Source: Chiloscyllium plagiosum (taxonomy: Eukaryota). From it: a stretch of DNA of 36,110 nucleotides. Both the position numbers and the translations under genes were made by a program. The notes beneath the pieces were generated by a model. The model was not told the origin of the DNA, did no database searches, and worked only from the letters and a program-made list of their open reading frames with translations. Location of the stretch: contig NC_057749.1 in NCBI RefSeq assembly GCF_004010195.1, positions 26,790,885 to 26,826,994 of the forward strand, given 5' to 3'. This document shows positions 21,994 to 34,024 of the stretch, piece after piece. The stretch's first letter is position 1. Every line of letters starts with the position of its first letter.

Positions 21994-24900
21994 ATCATCA
22001 AACTAGTCCAGTTTGCTGAATCCGTCTCACCATTGTAACTAATTGTGAAGCCCAAGAGGTCAATTTGCCTTTGTGAAGACTTCAAATCAAAGGTACACTG
22101 CTTTTCGCAGCTGGACAAATGGTCACTTGGTTCCAAAGGAGGTTGGTACTGGCATGGCTGTTTCCATGATCGCAGAACCAGTCTTTAACAAAATTCATTC
22201 TGGACTCAAATCCTTAAGTTTGTGCGAGACTTCAGCTAGACTGAGAACCTATACCAGGGAACCTTTATATAGATTAAGGGTGCAACTTCCGTTCTGGTCT
22301 TATGAGGAGCAGCTGGTTCAGTTTACACTGATTGGAGTAAAAGGCTCAGGCCCAAGTTTGATGGGGGCGAAATTGGTTGAGAAAGATTCACCTAGATTGG
22401 CTCAACATTTTTTGATTAGAAAATGGCTGACTGAGTGGAGTCCTAACTAAATACCCAGAAGGTTTTCAGAAAGATCTAGCAGCTATCAAACAAGCCAAGG
22501 CCACCTTGCATGTTAACCGGAAAGCAATTCCATGATTCTGTAAGGCACACTTAGCCCCATTTGCCTTTTGTGCAAAGGTAGAGACAGAAATCAGATGGCT
22601 GGAAAGTGAAGGAACCATCAAACTAGTCCAATTTGCAATCGGCCTCACCACTGTAACTAATTGTGAAGCCCGAGAGGTCAATTTGCCTTTGTGAAGACTT
22701 TAAATAAAAGGTACACTGCTTTTCCCAACTGGATAAATACCCAAACCCTCGCAAAGAGAATTGATATGCAAAGCTGGCATGGTGATTCTCCTTCACAAAG
22801 CTGGACATAAGCCATGCATATTTGCAATTACGGTTAGATGAGGATTTGCAGAAGTATGCTACAATTAAGACCCATAATGGTTTTTACTAATGTATGAGAT
22901 ATTGGGATATCATCAGCCAATTGGGATATCATCAGCCTGTGCAATTTTTCAGTGGATGATGGAGAACATTTTACAAGGGCCACCCTAGGAAAGACCAATA
23001 AGGAGCACTTAGAGAACTTGGAAATAGTTATTAGATGTTTCTCCCAGGCAGGCATATGCCTTAGAAGGGAAAAATATGTGTTCTAGCGTAGTGACTTACT
23101 TGGGCTAGAGACGACAAGACTGGGTTACACCCATTGGAAGATAAAGTGAGGGCGATCAAAGGTACTCCAGATCCCAAAGCTTAGATCTTTCCTTGGTCTG
23201 GTGAATTATTACAAAAAGCTCATACATAACCCTAACTCTGGCCTCTATCCTGGCACCTTTGCATCAAATCTTAAAAATGGGTCAGCCTTGGAAATAGTCA
23301 CGTAGCTGAGCTATAGCTTTCAGAGAAGTGAAGAAACAGCTTTCAGCTCCTAAGATGTTGGCACACAATGATCCCAGGAGAGATCTGGTACTGACATGTG
23401 CTGCCTGCCTATACATCATCAGGATAGCATTAATTCATAGGTGGCTCAATGGAAAGGAACACAGAGTACAGTATGCATCTAGGATTTTGGCTAATTCACA
23501 GCACAAATACGCCCAGATAGGGAACAAAGGTTTGACGGTCTTATTTAGAGTCAGAAAGTTCTGCCAATACCTTTAGTGACATAAATTTGTAATAATAATG
23601 GACCAGAAACCCCTACTAGATCTACTTAAAGAGGACAAGTCAGTGATGCCCATAGCTTTGGGCTAAATTCAGCGGTGGGCCTACTATTAATTCATATAAT
23701 TAAAAGTTGGAACACTATTTGGGTGGCCAAGTAGCAAATGTGGATGCACTGCACAGCCTCCTACTGGCAGCACTGCCACTGGAAGAGTCTGTAATGGTTT
23801 TATATTTTCTGCACACACTTCCAGTCACTGCTGACTATATCAAACTTTGGATGCAGAAAGATCCAATCTAGGCAAAACTGAAACAGCCAATGGTGATGGG
23901 AGAAATCAAAGGGCCATCACAACCAAAATTGAAACCTTGGTGGACCCAGAGAGACAAGATTACTGCAGACGACAGCATTTTACTCTGGGGAGCAAAAGTA
24001 ATTGTTCCAAACAAAGATCACCACCAGATGCTGGATGAACTCCACCAGGATCATCCAAGAGTTTACAAAATGAAGATTGGCAAGAAGTTGTGTTTGGTGG
24101 TCAGGACTGGATATAGACATGAAAATAGGAAAACTGTGCACAACGTTTGCAATACACAGACTCCTGGAAGTGTTGGTCACAGTTAACGGGCCATCGTTTA
24201 CCAGAGGGAATTTCAGCATTTCCTAAAGTTGAATGGTAGTTGACCTAAAAAGGACAGCTCTGCACCATCCATCATCCAATAGTCTGGAAGAATGAGCAGT
24301 CCAAATTTTAAACACAGGCCTAAAGAAAGAGCCTACAACTTCACTGGACGCAAAACTGTTCCAGTTCCTATTTGATTATAGGACTACCCCTCATGCAACT
24401 CCAGAGACATCTCCAGCAGAGATGTTAATGGGGAGTAGATTCTGCATCAGGTTAAATCTGATCTTTCTGGTAGTGGGGGCTGGAGTGTGAAACAGCATCA
24501 GGAACCGCAATGCTAGATACAAGAGAGACAATTTGCTTCAGGGACAAAATTTGGTGCAGAAACACAGAAATGACCCTGCATGGGTAAAAGACATGGTCGA
24601 CATGAGGTCAGGTCCAGTGATGTATAAAGTTTGGGTAGGTGCAATGTCCTGAACAAGCACGTGGGCCAAATGAAAGTGCAAATTCACAAATGGTGCAGGA
24701 GCAAAATGTGCCCGGCTCGTTGACCGCCTTTCCAACTGTTCCGGAGCCCGTGGGTTCTCCATCTCCATCAAACATTGAAGATACCATGGCATCTGAGATG
24801 GACATGGTGGATGTCGCCACCTCACGCCATTGCCACCCGAAGAAGAGAATGAATTTCTTTCAAGACACTCCAGGAGCAAAAGGTGAACTACTGTCTATTA

Positions 24901-25010
24901 CATGCCACCCATAGCAGAGGCAGATTTGAAGGAACCTGACCCGGTGCTAAAAAACCCCAGAAAGAAGTACAAAAAAAAGGTCTATGTCCATGGACTCGGA
25001 GGGGGATGCA

Positions 25011-25237
25011 TGTAGCGATTTTAATGAGGTCAGCCATGCAGACCTCACAGAATATTAGTTACCCGATTGGGCCTGTTCATCTGGTCGAATCAGGAAGCTG
25101 TAACTGACAGATAAGAACAGGAGTGTCTGACATCCTGTTCGCTCTGACATCTGGCTCTGAGGGAGCTGGATCAGTAATAAGGACTCTCCAGATGTAAATA
25201 AAGGGTGATTTGGTGACAGCCTCTGTGGAATCTTTCA
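25011..25237 (+). repeat. Gypsy 3' LTR
   Basis: Follows the purine tract; direct repeat of 21378-21613. Confidence 0.92.
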
Positions 25238-25458
25238 GCAACAAGAGCTGGGTGTCATTGAATAGCCGTCACTAAAGGTAAGCATGCAGGGGCAGCCAGT
25301 GGTAAAGCAGGCAAATGGTTACCTTCAGAGTGAGAGTATATAAGTACTAGAGCAAGGATGTATAGCTGCTATTTACAGGGTCTTGGTGAGACCACACGTG
25401 GAATATCGTGTATTGTGCAGTTTTGCCTCCCTATCAGAGAAAGGATGTTCCTCCTGTA

Positions 25459-25603
25459 GATGTGGAGGTGCTGGTGTTGGACTGGGGTGGACAAAGTTAA
25501 AAATCACACAACACCAGGTTATAGTCCAACAGGTTTATTTGGAAGTACAAGCTTCCACATAAACCTGTTGGACTATAACCTGATGTTATGTGATTTTTAA
25601 CTT
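25459..25603. mobile_element. Penelope-like family 1 palindromic fragment in CR1
   Basis: aagttaaaaatcacacaacaccaggttatagtccaacaggtttatttggaag-tacaag-cttccacataaacctgttggactataacctgatgttatgtgatttttaactt. Confidence 0.8.
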
Positions 25604-25658
25604 CCTAGAGAGGAAGCACAGTGAAGGCTTACTAGACTAATTCCTGGAATAGTAGGAA

Positions 25659-25772
25659 TGACTTATGAGAAGAGGTTGACTTATGAGAAGAGGTTGAATT
25701 ATGAGAAGAGATTGACTTATGAGAAGAAGTTGAACTATGAGAAGAGGTTGAATTATGAGAAGAGGTTGAATT
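25659..25772 (+). repeat. 18-bp minisatellite, about 6.3 copies
   Basis: Units TGA(C/A)TTATGAGAAGAGGT start at 25659, 25677, 25695, 25713, 25731 and 25749. Confidence 0.95.
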
Positions 25773-26309
25773 GATCAGGATTATATTTGCCGGAGTGCAG
25801 AGCAATAATTGGGACCCTCATAGAAACCTAAAATTCTAACAGGAGTAGACGAGGGCAGATACAGGAAGTATGTTCCCGATTATGGGGGTAGCCCAGAACC
25901 GGGGTAAACCATATAGGACTCAGGTGAGGAGAAATTTCTTCACCTAGAGAGCAGTAAGCTTGTAGATTTCGCTACCATAGAAAGCAGTTGAAGCCAAAAC
26001 CAATTTCAAGAAGTAATTGGAGAGAGCATTAGGGGGCCAAAAGAATTAAAGGATACAAGGGGAAAAGCAGGAACAGTTGAATAATCAGTCATGATCATAA
26101 TCAATGGTGGAGTAGGCTCAAAGGGACAAATGGCGTTCTCCTGCTTCTATTTTCTATGTTCCTATGTCTATATTAAAATAAACAAGAATTTATTGAATGG
26201 AACCAGATAAAAGTCTTTTGTTCTGGATAACAGTATGAAACAGAAACAAACTGATTATTTTGATGATTAAATAAAACATTTACACATTTGGCATGCCTTA
26301 TAGAATTGT

Positions 26310-26888
26310 GGTGCTTGATTACCAATGCACTCCTCTGTTCAGCAAGTAATCAGGAAAAGTAACAGAATGTTATCAGTTATTGAGGAGAACTGATTACAAA
26401 ACTAGGCAGGTTATGCTTCAGTTTTACAGGGCATTAGTGAGATCACATCTGGACTGCTGTGTGCAGTATTGATCATATTATTTAACAAAGGATATAAATG
26501 CATTGGAAGAAGTTCAGACAACGTTTCCCATTGTAATACTTGGAGTAAGTGGTTGTCTTATAAAGAAATAATGGACAGACTAGCATTGTATTTTCTGGAA
26601 TTTAAGTGGTGAATTAAACATATGTGATTCCGGGAGGTCTTGACAAGGTGGATTGGGTGTCACCCATTTAAAACAAAAATGAGAATATGTTTTCTCACAG
26701 AGAAATGTGGTAGAAACAGAGTCCATGAATATTTATAAAGTTGAGGTAGGTTCTGAATATGCAAAGAGATTGACAGATTACTGGGGTAAGCAAGAATATG
26801 GAGAAATCAAAACAACCCTGATCCTATTGAATGGCAGATAAGGCTTGAGAGGCTGAAGGGTGTACTCCTGCTCCTAATTTGTATGTTT
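26310..26888 (+). mobile_element. Old CR1 3' fragment
   Basis: cagttttacagggcattagtgagatcacatctggactgctgtgtgcag (LVRSHLDCCVQ) and a CR1-type 3' UTR ending tactcctgctcctaatttgtatgtt. Confidence 0.75.
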
Positions 26889-27049
26889 CCCTCAGAACAC
26901 TACATATTAAGTAATTCTCAGTGTCTTTAATCTCTGAACAGATGTGAACAACACCATTGTATTATATTATTCAATCCTTGCCCTCATCTTTTACCTTAAT
27001 GGTACTTCTTCACAACATCTCTGCAATTTTAACCAGCCCGTTACTTGCA

Positions 27050-27183
27050 ATGGAACTCCCTAAGACCAGTAAGGATGTGTCGACACCACAAGGACTGCAA
27101 TGGTTCAAGAAAACATCTACTCAAAGCCAAATGGGATGGACAATAAATGCTGACAGTCTACAATGATTACATCCCATGAATGT
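27050..27183 (+). mobile_element. 3' end of old CR1/L2-type LINE
   Basis: ggactgcaatggttcaagaa...gggatggacaataaatgctg...acatcccatgaatg; homologous to 33120-33225. Confidence 0.65.
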
Positions 27184-28180
27184 TTCCTGTATACATTTCG
27201 TTCTCCATAAAGGTGAAGAATCCATTATCTTCATCTTACTCTTACTCAATGGATATTATTACTTCAACATTTGATTCTTTCTATGTTAATATATTCTCTG
27301 GACTCTATTTGACAAAGTTTGCAGTTATTATTTCTAACCTATCCCTTCAATTTAAAGTCCATTTTCTTGAGACCATTGTGAGTAACAAGCATTTTTTTAA
27401 GAGGTTAAAGCAGATAATGCATAGTGAACAGGAAACGTAATGTAAATGTTACCCTTTCTAGCTCTCAGGCATTGAATCTAATTGTAGCACGGTCACATTG
27501 AATGATGGTAGCAAATGCAACATAACAAAAGAATCAAACCTGGGCTTCCCTGATCTGTATGAAACTTATTGGATTTATGTTTTCCTTACACTATTGTCCA
27601 TACTCTCTTCTTTTTTCAAAAACAGCTTTTCGTAAAGTAGCTCTATTTGTTCTGTAATACAGGAAAAGTAGAAGTATAAGTGTAGGCAAAATAAGCTAAA
27701 AATTACAATTTAATGCATTTTCCTCCAAGATACAACATTAGGATTTTACATCTGATTAACTTTTTATTTATGGGACCTTAGTGATTGTTCCACTGGTTAT
27801 GGTATTAATTAATTGCCAACCATTCATCTATTATTTGTGATTGAGGGTAACTAGATCAGTCATGGTCTTGTTGAATGACAAAATATGTTCAAAGGGCCAA
27901 AGGCTTATTCCTTCTTCTCTTTCCTATTGATGAAAATTATGTGAACATAAGAGTACGGTTTTTCATTCTCAGGATACAGCAATCATGATCATGGCCAGCA
28001 TTCATTGTCTAGTGGTCTGAGAAGATGGTGGGGAAATTTCTTTCTTTTTTCTAATTAACTATTCTAAACCACTTTCACAAGGTAGTTCAGAATCAGCATG
28101 TTGGAAAGGCCTGGAGTCATAAGTAGGCCAACTCAGGAGAATGGTAGGTTTCCACCCCTAAAGAACAACAGTAAGCCAGT

Positions 28181-28399
28181 AACAAAAACAAACATTTCTG
28201 GAAAAGCTCAGCAGGTCTGGCAACATCTGTGAAGAGAAATCAGAGTTAACATTTCAGGTTCTGTGATCCTTCTAAGAAGAATCACCAGACCCGAAACATT
28301 AACTCTGATTTCTCTCCACAGATGCTGCCAGACCTGCTGAACTTTTCCAGCAACTGCTGTTTTTGTTTCTGATTTACAGCTCCAGTTCTTTTGGTTTTT
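28181..28399. mobile_element. Penelope-like palindromic element (family 3) with a perfect 14-bp TSD
   Basis: Inverted arms about 28181-28273 and 28275-28367; AACAGTAAGCCAGT at 28167-28180 and 28400-28413; degraded hammerhead ctaagaagaatcaccagacccGAAAcatt at the centre. Confidence 0.8.
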
Positions 28400-28769
28400 A
28401 ACAGTAAGCCAGTGCTTTTTTATGGCAATTAAGGTGATTTTGTTCACTCATCTTAAAGACAAGTATTTCAATAGAATTAAAGTAATGCCAATTCTTTTTT
28501 GTTTCTATTTTAACTGTATTGTAAGAATAAGTGTTTTGCTTCCAGCCTAGTAGTGGGCCAATCAAATCACATCTGGAACTCAGTGCCTTTACACTTGCCT
28601 TTCAATAAAAACAAAATCTGGCCTAGGCTATCTCCTTGACACATTTGGAGAGAGTTTGGTCTGGTTCATAACAATTGAGACCTTTCCTTTTCCTAATGGG
28701 AACAGGAGTGGGCCATTCAGCCCTGCAAGTCTGTGCCACCACTTATACTAATAATCTGGATCTTGGTGT

Positions 28770-29390
28770 GCTGGGATAATTTCAAAGCTTGCAGTTGACA
28801 GGAAACTTGGAAGAACTGTAAACTGTGAGGAGTCACACTGTGTGGAATTCTAAAAGGACATAGACAAGGTGATGGAGTGGACTGATAGGTGGCAAATGAG
28901 TTCCAGTACAGAGAAGTGTGAAGTGATGCATTTGGTAGGACTAGAATTGAATGACAATATATGGGATACAATTGGGGTACAATTCTTAACAAGTGCAGGA
29001 TCAGGGGAACATGGGTACCCGTGTGCACAGATCATTGAAGGTGGCAGGACAGGTGAAGACAGAAATTCCTCCTGGGTTTTATTAATAGGGGCATACATTA
29101 TAAGAACAAGGAGGTGATGTTGAACTTGCATAAATCTATAGCTAGACCTCAGCTAGAGTATAACATACAGTTTTATGTGTCATATTACAGAAAGTATCTG
29201 AACACATTGGAGAGGGTGCAGAAATGATTTATACAAATTATTCCAGGGATTAGAAACTTCAGTTTCGAGGACAGATTGGAAAGGTTGGACTGTACTTCTT
29301 AGAGGAAAGGATAAGAAGAGATCTGGTAGAGGTTTTCAAAATCATGAGTGTGCTATGTAGAACAGACACAACAAAACTGTTTTTGCTTGT
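28770..29390 (+). mobile_element. Old CR1 ORF2 fragment
   Basis: MEWTDRWQMSSSTEKCEVMHL, gctagacctcagctagagta, ttggagagggtgcagaaatgattt. Confidence 0.78.
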
Positions 29391-30928
29391 AAATATAAGA
29401 ATCATTTACTTGGGCTTGACACATATTTCAAAGGTGACAGTCAGCAATGATTGGATAGCATAGCATCATGCATCATCAATCAATTGTATAAAATGAAATC
29501 CAAGAAGACCGAGAAAGTAGCACTGAGAAGAAAGCTCTGCACACCAGGGGAAGTGAAGGTAATCTGCTGGTTAATGGAGGAATATTTCTCAGGAGTAGTG
29601 AAGTACTTTCAATCCAGCACAGGATTCCTGTCTGAAAGTGTCAAGTGTCTTGACACAGATGATAACACTTGCATTGAACTAAAGGATGATCTCATAAGGT
29701 GATTCACAGAGAGGAATTGTTTGGTACCAATTGCCTTGTACATGATCTAGGAACAAATAGCACATTTGATAAAGCAGCTGAATTTGAAGTGCCAACCAGC
29801 AGTAGCTCAAGTGTAGTGCTGGATACTGACATTGGGTCCAGGATGATGGTGTATGTCATGAATTCATAGGGTGCATCCACTGTGAGGCCTAACCAAATTT
29901 CTTAAGAAAATGCATAAAAATAGTCTTAGAATTCCATTTTACAGACCTTGCAGTCAATATAAGCAAGACACCCTAAATACAAGCCTGTCTCCTAAAATCT
30001 TGTTTCTAAGCAGAAGTTCTTTGGAACCTGACAGAGTTTCTAAATACCCAGTATTTCTACCTGTCTGGAAAGTCTGAAGGGACAGTCTGTGACCAATCCT
30101 CAACAACCTGAATTAAGTGGACCGGAATCAGAATTGGACATTTATCATGCTGTCAGCTTGTCGTTAGGAAATTTCAAAGATGTGAGAAGTCATCACAATT
30201 TATCCTTTGTTTAGGGATCCGTGATGCAAAGAGTGTTTTTTCTTTCCCTTTTCTTAAAATAATATTACAATATTAATCAAAGTTTGCCACTTGCCTTAAG
30301 TGCAAGATTTGTTCATAATAAACGGATTATTTTAGTTCATTGAAGAAATGAACATTCCTTTTATCCTGAATAATACAAAAGAGACGCAGGTTGCCATTTT
30401 GGTAGCTAAATCAACAAATTTATATCAATGGTGCGACTAATGGAGTAATTGGGCTTGATTATCAGTGTATCCATCCATCACAATAACAGTAACCACTCCT
30501 GAAGTTGCAAGGTGTGAGTTCTTCCATTTAAGGGGCCCTCACATGGGAGGTAAAAACATTTGTTCATATGCCAGAGGGAAAACATCTCCACTGGCAGCAT
30601 CAGGGCAGCAGGGGGCGCTAGCATAGCTCAGGCTACCTCTCTTGTGCTAAGAGGCCTCCAGGATGCAATACTGATGATCCTGGATAGTTTCTATGGTCTC
30701 CCAGGACTGTCTCCACGAGGCTAGGGAAAATAACAATCAATTGTATCTCTCAATTAGTCAAATTTGGCAGCTACTAACAACTGGCAGGTGGTATCTTGGT
30801 TCTTGCCCTTCCCACCATTGGCAAAAGTTCCTGGTGCCAGTAACACATCAGCCTCTGGAATTTGACACTTCCTGCCTCCTAGCCTTCCAAAGGGGAACTG
30901 ATAAAATCTCACCCATACTCATTATGAA

Positions 30929-31728
30929 AGAGTTAAAAATCACACAACACCAGGTTATAGTCCAACAGGTTTAATTGGAAGCACACTAGCCTCAGTATTC
31001 TCATCGACAACAATGCCCTGTTCCTGAGTGAATACTGAAGAAAAGTATTCATTCAGTGTCTCCCCTTCATCAGGTGATTGTGGAGGGCTCGATCGTAACA
31101 CAGAATTTATAGCAAAAATTTGCAGTGTGATGTGACTGAAATTATACATTGAAAAATTGATTGTCTGTTAAGCCTTTCATCTGTATGCAGTTTTTGAGCA
31201 AAGTGCAATGTAACTCTGCAAGTACAAATTCACCACATAAAATATATGTGTGCATGTGGGTCTTTGTCTGTGTGTGTGTGTGTGTGTCTGTCTGTCTGTC
31301 TGGGATGGGGGTTGTGAGTGTGAGGCTAGCTTTCGGAGCGACGCTCCTTCATCAGGGTGATTGTGGAGGGCTCGATCGTAACATAGAATTTATAGCAAAA
31401 ATTTGCAGTGTGATGTAACTGAAGTTATACATTGAAGAATTGATTGTCTGTTAAGCCTTTCATCTGTTAGAATACAGTGATAGTTTCACTTCTTTCATGT
31501 GTAAATCACAAAACCCTTTTTTTTAAAGTTGCATTCTCGGGTTAGCTGTTAACAATGGTGATAGCTAGTCAATATGTTGAAGGTGTTAGCCCCCTGTGTT
31601 CTCTGTCTATGACCTGTTGTTTAGATTGATTCCAATCTAAAAAGTGAGATAACAGAGTTTTACATAAATTCATGCAGTTTTTGAGCTCAGAGTTCTAATG
31701 AATGTATGTGGTTTTTGAACAAAGTGCA
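30929..31728 (-). mobile_element. Longer Penelope-like family 1 region, partially tandem and mosaic
   Basis: Family 1 terminus at 30929-30990; about 120-bp direct repeat 31064-31184 / 31346-31467; (TG)n/(TCTG)n at 31265-31302; hammerhead at 31326-31358. Confidence 0.78.
31326..31358 (-). ncRNA. Minimal hammerhead ribozyme motif (core intact)
   Basis: Minus strand: c-CTGATGA-A-GGAGC-gtc-GCTCC-GAAA-GCTA-g. Confidence 0.65.
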
Positions 31729-32104
31729 TCTCCCTGCATCTCCTGCCCAAAGTCCTATGTTTGTCTCCCCAGCCTTTATACCATCAGTTTATTGTAACAG
31801 CTTTTCTTTGTCTACCTTATCTGGATTAGTCATAATCTTGTACACCTTTATCAAATGTTTCCTTAACCAAGAAGACTAATCCCAATTTCTTCGGTCAGGC
31901 ACTTAGCTGAGCAGGGATCAGGGCCACAGTGGAAGAAGGCCACACCACTGAGACTTGCTGGATAATGAGAAGCCAAGAGTTTTGTTGAAAGGCAGCATCA
32001 CTAAGGAGCAGAGACTGCGGTTGTTATGGCACCCATTTGAGGCCTAGAATCATTGCTGGATTCTAGGAAAAAGGTGACTGGTGGATTGAGGGACAGGTTG
32101 TGAG

Positions 32105-33235
32105 GTTGACAACATTTGCACCACACAAATGCCAGGCAATGACTATCTCCAATTAGAGATAATCTGACCACCAACCCTTCACATTCTATTGCATCCCCCA
32201 CTATCAACATCCTAGGGGTTACCATTGACCAGAAACTCAACTGGACTCACCAAAAACACAGTGGCTGCAAGAGCACGTGAGAGGCTAGGAATACTGTTGC
32301 TAGTAACTCACCTCCTGACTTCTCAAAGCCTATCCACCATCTAGAACGCACAAGTCAGGAATGTGATGGGATGCTCCCCATTTGCCTAGATGAGTAGGGT
32401 TCCAACAATACTCAAGAAGCTTGACATCATTGAGGACAAAGCAATCCACTTGATTGGCACCACATTCACAAACATACATTTCCTCTACCACCAACACTCA
32501 GCAGTAGCAGTGTGTATTATTTAGAATCATTGAATCCCCACAGTATGGAAAGAGGTCATTCAGCCCATCGAGTCTGCACTAACACTCCGAAAAGCATTCC
32601 ACACAGACCCATCGCCCTACTTTATCCCAATAACTCTGGGTTTGGCATGGCTAATCCACCTAGACAGCACATCACTGGAAACTATAGACAATTTAGCATG
32701 GACAATCCACCTAACCTGCACTTCTTTGGACTATGGGGGAAACAAAAGCACCCAGTGGAAACACATGCAGACACAGAAGACTGTGCAAACTCCAATCAGA
32801 TGGTTGCCAAGGCTGCAATTGAACCCAAATGCCCGAAGCTGGGAAGCAGCAATGCTAACCACTGAGAAAAATGCCACCCACATCTAGATGAAGCACTTTG
32901 GAAATTCACCAAAGATCCTCAGACAGCACCTACCAAACCCATGATCTCTTTCATCTAAATGGACAAGGACAGCACATACATGAGAACACCACCATCTGTA
33001 GGTTACCCTCCAAGTCACTCACCATCCTGACCTGGTAATATATCATCTTTCTTTCACTGTCACTGTGTCAAAATCCTGAATTTCTCTCGTTAAGGGCATT
33101 ATGGGTCAACTTACAGATCTTGGACTGCTGTAGTTCAATAAGGCAATTCCCCAATATCTCTCAAGTGCAACTAGGGATGGGCAATAAATGCTAGTTAGCT
33201 AGTGACACCCAAGTCCCAAGAGTGAAGAAGAAAAA
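32105..33235 (+). mobile_element. Old CR1/L2-type LINE 3' portion
   Basis: Homologous to 12115-12769 (aacatttgcaccacacaaatgccaggcaatgactatctcc; tcccccactatcaacatcctaggggttaccattgaccagaaactcaactg); ends gggatgggcaataaatgct. Confidence 0.82.
32526..32881 (-). mobile_element. V-SINE (HE1-like), near full length, diverged
   Basis: Reverse complement of the SINE head and V-domain (gtgcaaactcca, caatttagcatgg) plus tail; TSD AT(T/C)TAGA at 32519-32525 and 32882-32888. Confidence 0.82.
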
Positions 33236-33559
33236 ATTATGATGGCTCTTAGGAGGTCCCCTCTCCTGATGCTGGATCTCTCAATCATGCACTGAGTTCC
33301 TATGAATGAGGGGCCGAGTCCAGAACAATCCCACGTGGCTCTGAATGTTGTACTTCCCACATGGAGAATTCCCCTGCTTACTGCAGGGTTATCATCAGTA
33401 TCAGCAATATTTAAGAGGCCTTCCCAGTGTGGACTTAATCAGGATTCGAGCTGGGAGATTGAAGAGTTTGCTCCTACCACCTTCAAGCTTAGCTACAAGC
33501 AATGCCAACTGTCAAATTCATCACTGGAGAGGACATTAAGTTTTGCCCATTAAGTCTAT

Positions 33560-34010
33560 ATCACTCTTCCTGTTCCTCTGACAAAATGCATCACTTTACA
33601 CTTCTGTATTTTAAACTCCATTTGCCATGGGTCTATCCATTCTACTAGCCTGTCTATGTCCTGTTGCTGTTCATTCACTGTTGCCATACCCTTAACCTCA
33701 TTTCTTTGGAAAATTTTAAATTTCACTCTGTATTTCCATAATTAAGTCATTTATACATATCAAATAAAAGTGGTCCCAGAAATGACTCTATAGGAATACC
33801 AATCTTTAACATACTCCAATCTCAAAAATAGTAAGTTGCCACAATTCACTGCCTTCTGTGCATCAGATCATTTTCTATCCAAGTTGACATTGCCCCTCCT
33901 ATTCCATGAAGATAACATTTTATTAATCATCTTTAATATTTAGTGACACACTTTCTTATGCATTCCCATAAACAATGTTCTGTTCCTTCATCAAAAGATT
34001 AGTGAAACCC
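33560..34010 (-). mobile_element. Old CR1 RT fragment
   Basis: aaaatgcatcactttacactt (CKVMHF on the minus strand), aagtcatttatacatat (YINDL-like). Confidence 0.65.
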
Positions 34011-34024
34011 AATCTGTCATTTTT

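Larger units (their letters stand above)
21378..25237 (+). mobile_element. Decayed Gypsy/Ty3 LTR retrotransposon with both LTRs
   Basis: LTRs 21378-21613 and 25011-25237 (TG...CA); TSD GTAAC/GCAAC; PBS-like TGGCAATGA at 21615; purine tract GGAGGGGGA near 24998; gag start MPLFGKLD at 21694; protease-like EVGTGMAVSMI; RT, RNase H, integrase H..H zinc finger (HHQMLDELHQDHP); many stops and frameshifts. Confidence 0.92.
21232..26168 (+). mobile_element. CR1 3' portion (21232-21377 plus 25238-26168) hosting the Gypsy element
   Basis: Rejoined site gagaggggaatgt-g(t/c)aac-aagagctgggtgtc is continuous CR1; later LVRPHVEY and RRNFFT; tail ttctatgttcctatg. Confidence 0.85.

Noticed and set aside
25659..25772. 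CRISPR-like periodicity
   Set aside because: Head-to-tail repeats with no spacers, derived from CR1, in a vertebrate context.
28490..28673. LTR 3'-end-like fragment ending CATAACA
   Set aside because: Only the terminus and an AATAAA support it; no 5' end is visible.
29451..29702. 83-aa ORF as a host exon or gag relic
   Set aside because: Non-ATG start, no convincing motif or splice context; resemblance to gag (LKDDLIR) is too weak.
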